40,059 nucleotides of DNA from Candidatus Bathyarchaeia archaeon. GTDB lineage: Bacteria > Patescibacteriota > Minisyncoccia > Moranbacterales > UBA11712. The stretch spans positions 1 through 40,059 of the forward strand of contig DATGZC010000033.1 of assembly GCA_035297345.1 (NCBI GenBank). The letters run 5' to 3'. The notes under the pieces were generated by a model. The model was not told the origin of the DNA. It searched no databases and saw nothing but the letters and a program-made list of their open reading frames with translations. Both the position numbers and the translations under genes were made by a program. Shown one piece after another: positions 38,412 through 40,059 of this stretch (positions are counted from its first letter, which is position 1; the number at the start of each line of letters is the position of its first letter).

Positions 38412-40059
38412 ATGACAACTAAGAAAAAATTGATTCTCATTGATAGTAACGCGCTGATCCACCGGGCCTATCACGCTCTCCCTCCCCTCACAACCAAAAA
38501 GGGCGAGATCGTGAACGCGGTTTACGGATATACGTCCGTCCTTTTGAACGTGCTCGCAAAGTTTAAGCCGGACTATATCGTGGCGACGTTCGATCTCAAG
38601 GAGCCGACTTTTCGGCACAAGGAATACAAAGACTACAAAGCGACGCGGGTCAAAGGGCCGGATGATCTCTATGCCCAGATTCCACGGGTGAAAGAAATTG
38701 TCGAAGCTTTCAATATTCCGATCGCCGAAAAAGAAGGCTATGAAGCCGATGATCTCATCGCAACGTTCGCGCGGAAAACCGAAAAGCTGCACCCGGACGT
38801 CGAGGTTACCGTGGTGACGGGTGATCTGGATACCCTCCAGCTGGTGGACGACAAAGTGAAAATATTCGCGCTTCGACGCGGTATGAGCGACTCGGTGATC
38901 TATGACGAGCGCGCGATTTTTGAGCGCTATGGCCTCAAGCCCGACCAGATGATCGATTATAAGGGCCTGCGGGGCGATCCGTCGGACAATTTGCCAGGGG
39001 TCAAAGGCGTTGGTGAAAAGACGGCGTCGGAATTGCTAAAAAAATACGGGACGCTTGAAAATATTTACAAGAATTTGAGCGATATAAAAGAGGGCGTCCG
39101 CAAAAAATTGGAAAAAGACAAACTGCAGGCGTATTTCAGCAAGCGCCTCTCGCGCCTCATCGACAATGTGCCTGTCAAATTTGATCTCGAAAAAGCCAAA
39201 GCCGAAGATTTTTCGCGGGTGAAAATAATCAATCTTTTGCGCGAGCTTGAATTTTTCAGCCTGCTCCGCCGTTTGCCCGGATACGAAGAGCACATCAAAA
39301 GCGTTGAGAAAGAAAAAAAAGAAAAACCGGGAGAAGCGGGGGAAATAAAGTGGAAAAGGATTTATTCCGCCGATCAGCTTGATGTGAAGAATGCCGTGTC
39401 AGTGGTCGTTGACGCCGGAGTGGATGGAATATTGAAAGGGATCGCCATGAGTCCTGATCCCCAAACGGCGTATTGCCTTTCCGGGGCGGACCAAAAACTG
39501 AAAAACATTTTGAGCGACGAAAAAATAGAAAAAATCGGCTACGATCTCAAAAAGGACTGGCGAATTCTCGCAGAAAACAAAATTTTTTTCCGCGGATTGT
39601 CTTTTGATGTCCAGCTCGCGGCCTATCTTCTTCACTCCGGATCGAATTTGTCCTGGCAGGATCTCGTGATGCAGGAACTGGGCGTGATGATCGAGAAAGA
39701 AGACAAAAAAGCGGGGCAAGGCGCTTTGTTTTTTCCCGAAGGGACCCTCTTGGGGGCGCAAGACAAAGAAGAAGTGGAAAAAATATGCCGGAAAGCGGCT
39801 CTCAATTTCGCCCTCAAAGAAAAGCTGGCGGAAGAACTCGAGCGGATCAGCCGTGAGCAGATGGCGGAGGGAAAAGAAAAAACGATCAAAAGCCTTTTTG
39901 AAAATTTGGAAATGCCGCTGGTTCCCATTTTGGCCGAGATGGAGCGCGTCGGGATCAGGATCAACAAACTTGTCCTTCGCGGGATCTCGGAGAAGCTTGA
40001 CCGGCGGGTGGAAAAACTTGGAAAAGAAATTCAAAAACTGGCCGGCGCTCGATTCAATG
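38412..40059 (+). CDS. polA: DNA polymerase I (5'-3' exonuclease and start of the 3'-5' exo-like/polymerase region); 3' end lies outside the window
   Basis: My own translation is MTTKKKLILIDSNALIHRAYHALPPL...GEIVNAVYGY...YKATR...EADDLIAT...GDLDTLQLV...GLRGDPSDNLPGVKGVGEKTASELL. The frame stays open to the window edge, and it is absent from the ORF track because no stop is reached. Confidence 0.93.
   Translation, partial: MTTKKKLILIDSNALIHRAYHALPPLTTKKGEIVNAVYGYTSVLLNVLAKFKPDYIVATFDLKEPTFRHKEYKDYKATRVKGPDDLYAQIPRVKEIVEAFNIPIAEKEGYEADDLIATFARKTEKLHPDVEVTVVTGDLDTLQLVDDKVKIFALRRGMSDSVIYDERAIFERYGLKPDQMIDYKGLRGDPSDNLPGVKGVGEKTASELLKKYGTLENIYKNLSDIKEGVRKKLEKDKLQAYFSKRLSRLIDNVPVKFDLEKAKAEDFSRVKIINLLRELEFFSLLRRLPGYEEHIKSVEKEKKEKPGEAGEIKWKRIYSADQLDVKNAVSVVVDAGVDGILKGIAMSPDPQTAYCLSGADQKLKNILSDEKIEKIGYDLKKDWRILAENKIFFRGLSFDVQLAAYLLHSGSNLSWQDLVMQELGVMIEKEDKKAGQGALFFPEGTLLGAQDKEEVEKICRKAALNFALKEKLAEELERISREQMAEGKEKTIKSLFENLEMPLVPILAEMERVGIRINKLVLRGISEKLDRRVEKLGKEIQKLAGARFN

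Noticed and set aside
38391-40034. Minus-strand ORFs 38391..38792, 39036..39293 and 39399..40034
   Set aside because: They are antisense to polA. The polA reading frame was missed by the ORF track only because it runs off the window without a stop.
1-40059. CRISPR arrays, rRNA genes, transposases and integrases
   Set aside because: There are no regularly spaced direct repeats with unique spacers. The tandem repeats present are 7-nt or 21-nt coding or low-complexity arrays. No rRNA-like conserved stretches were seen, and no ORF has recognisable transposase or recombinase motifs.

Overview
This is a compact bacterial window that uses the standard genetic code: TGA, TAA and TAG each terminate recognisable genes. 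Most genes sit in tight co-directional operons. Many of these are preceded by TTGACA/TTGAAA-N16-17-TA(A/G)xxT promoter-like motifs and followed by hairpin terminators. The gene content points to a reduced-genome bacterium, plausibly Patescibacteria/CPR, though this is inference only. That content includes one class A PBP, RuvC/YebC/RuvB, TsaE, PolA, a pilin plus PilB, a lamin-tail-domain surface protein, many small hypotheticals and heptanucleotide low-complexity spacers.

Core or recognisable genes:
- cell-wall amidase, CAP-domain protein, minimal zincin, ArsM, DUF721 protein and PBP1A
- ruvC, yebC, ruvB, tsaE and polA (runs off the 3' edge of the window)
- a GH1 / permease / GH-A / ROK sugar cluster

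Accessory or unusual content:
1. A visibly AT-rich island (about 15.7-20.3 kb) carries a three-gene operon. It encodes a split, gene-order-permuted PEP-synthase/rifampin-phosphotransferase-like dikinase, with an HTH fusion and an interposed HD hydrolase. Decayed ORF6N genes carrying covarying palindromes flank it.
2. An operon of 7TM protein, RimK-like ligase fused to a retropepsin-like domain, a second ATP-grasp and a GT4 runs directly into PBP1A.
3. A 1014-aa PilB consists of two complete GspE-type ATPase modules in one chain.
4. A 111-bp three-hairpin interspersed repeat is present as two near-identical copies plus one diverged half copy.
5. A roughly 165-200 nt structured intergenic element is a candidate ncRNA.
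6. A secreted protein is built from about 21 heptapeptide I-x-N-P-D-x-x repeats.
7. The left end looks phage-derived, with a Mu Gam-like gene, an AbrB-like gene preceded by iteron-like repeats, and two gene fragments.

I saw no rRNA, tRNA, CRISPR array or transposase.
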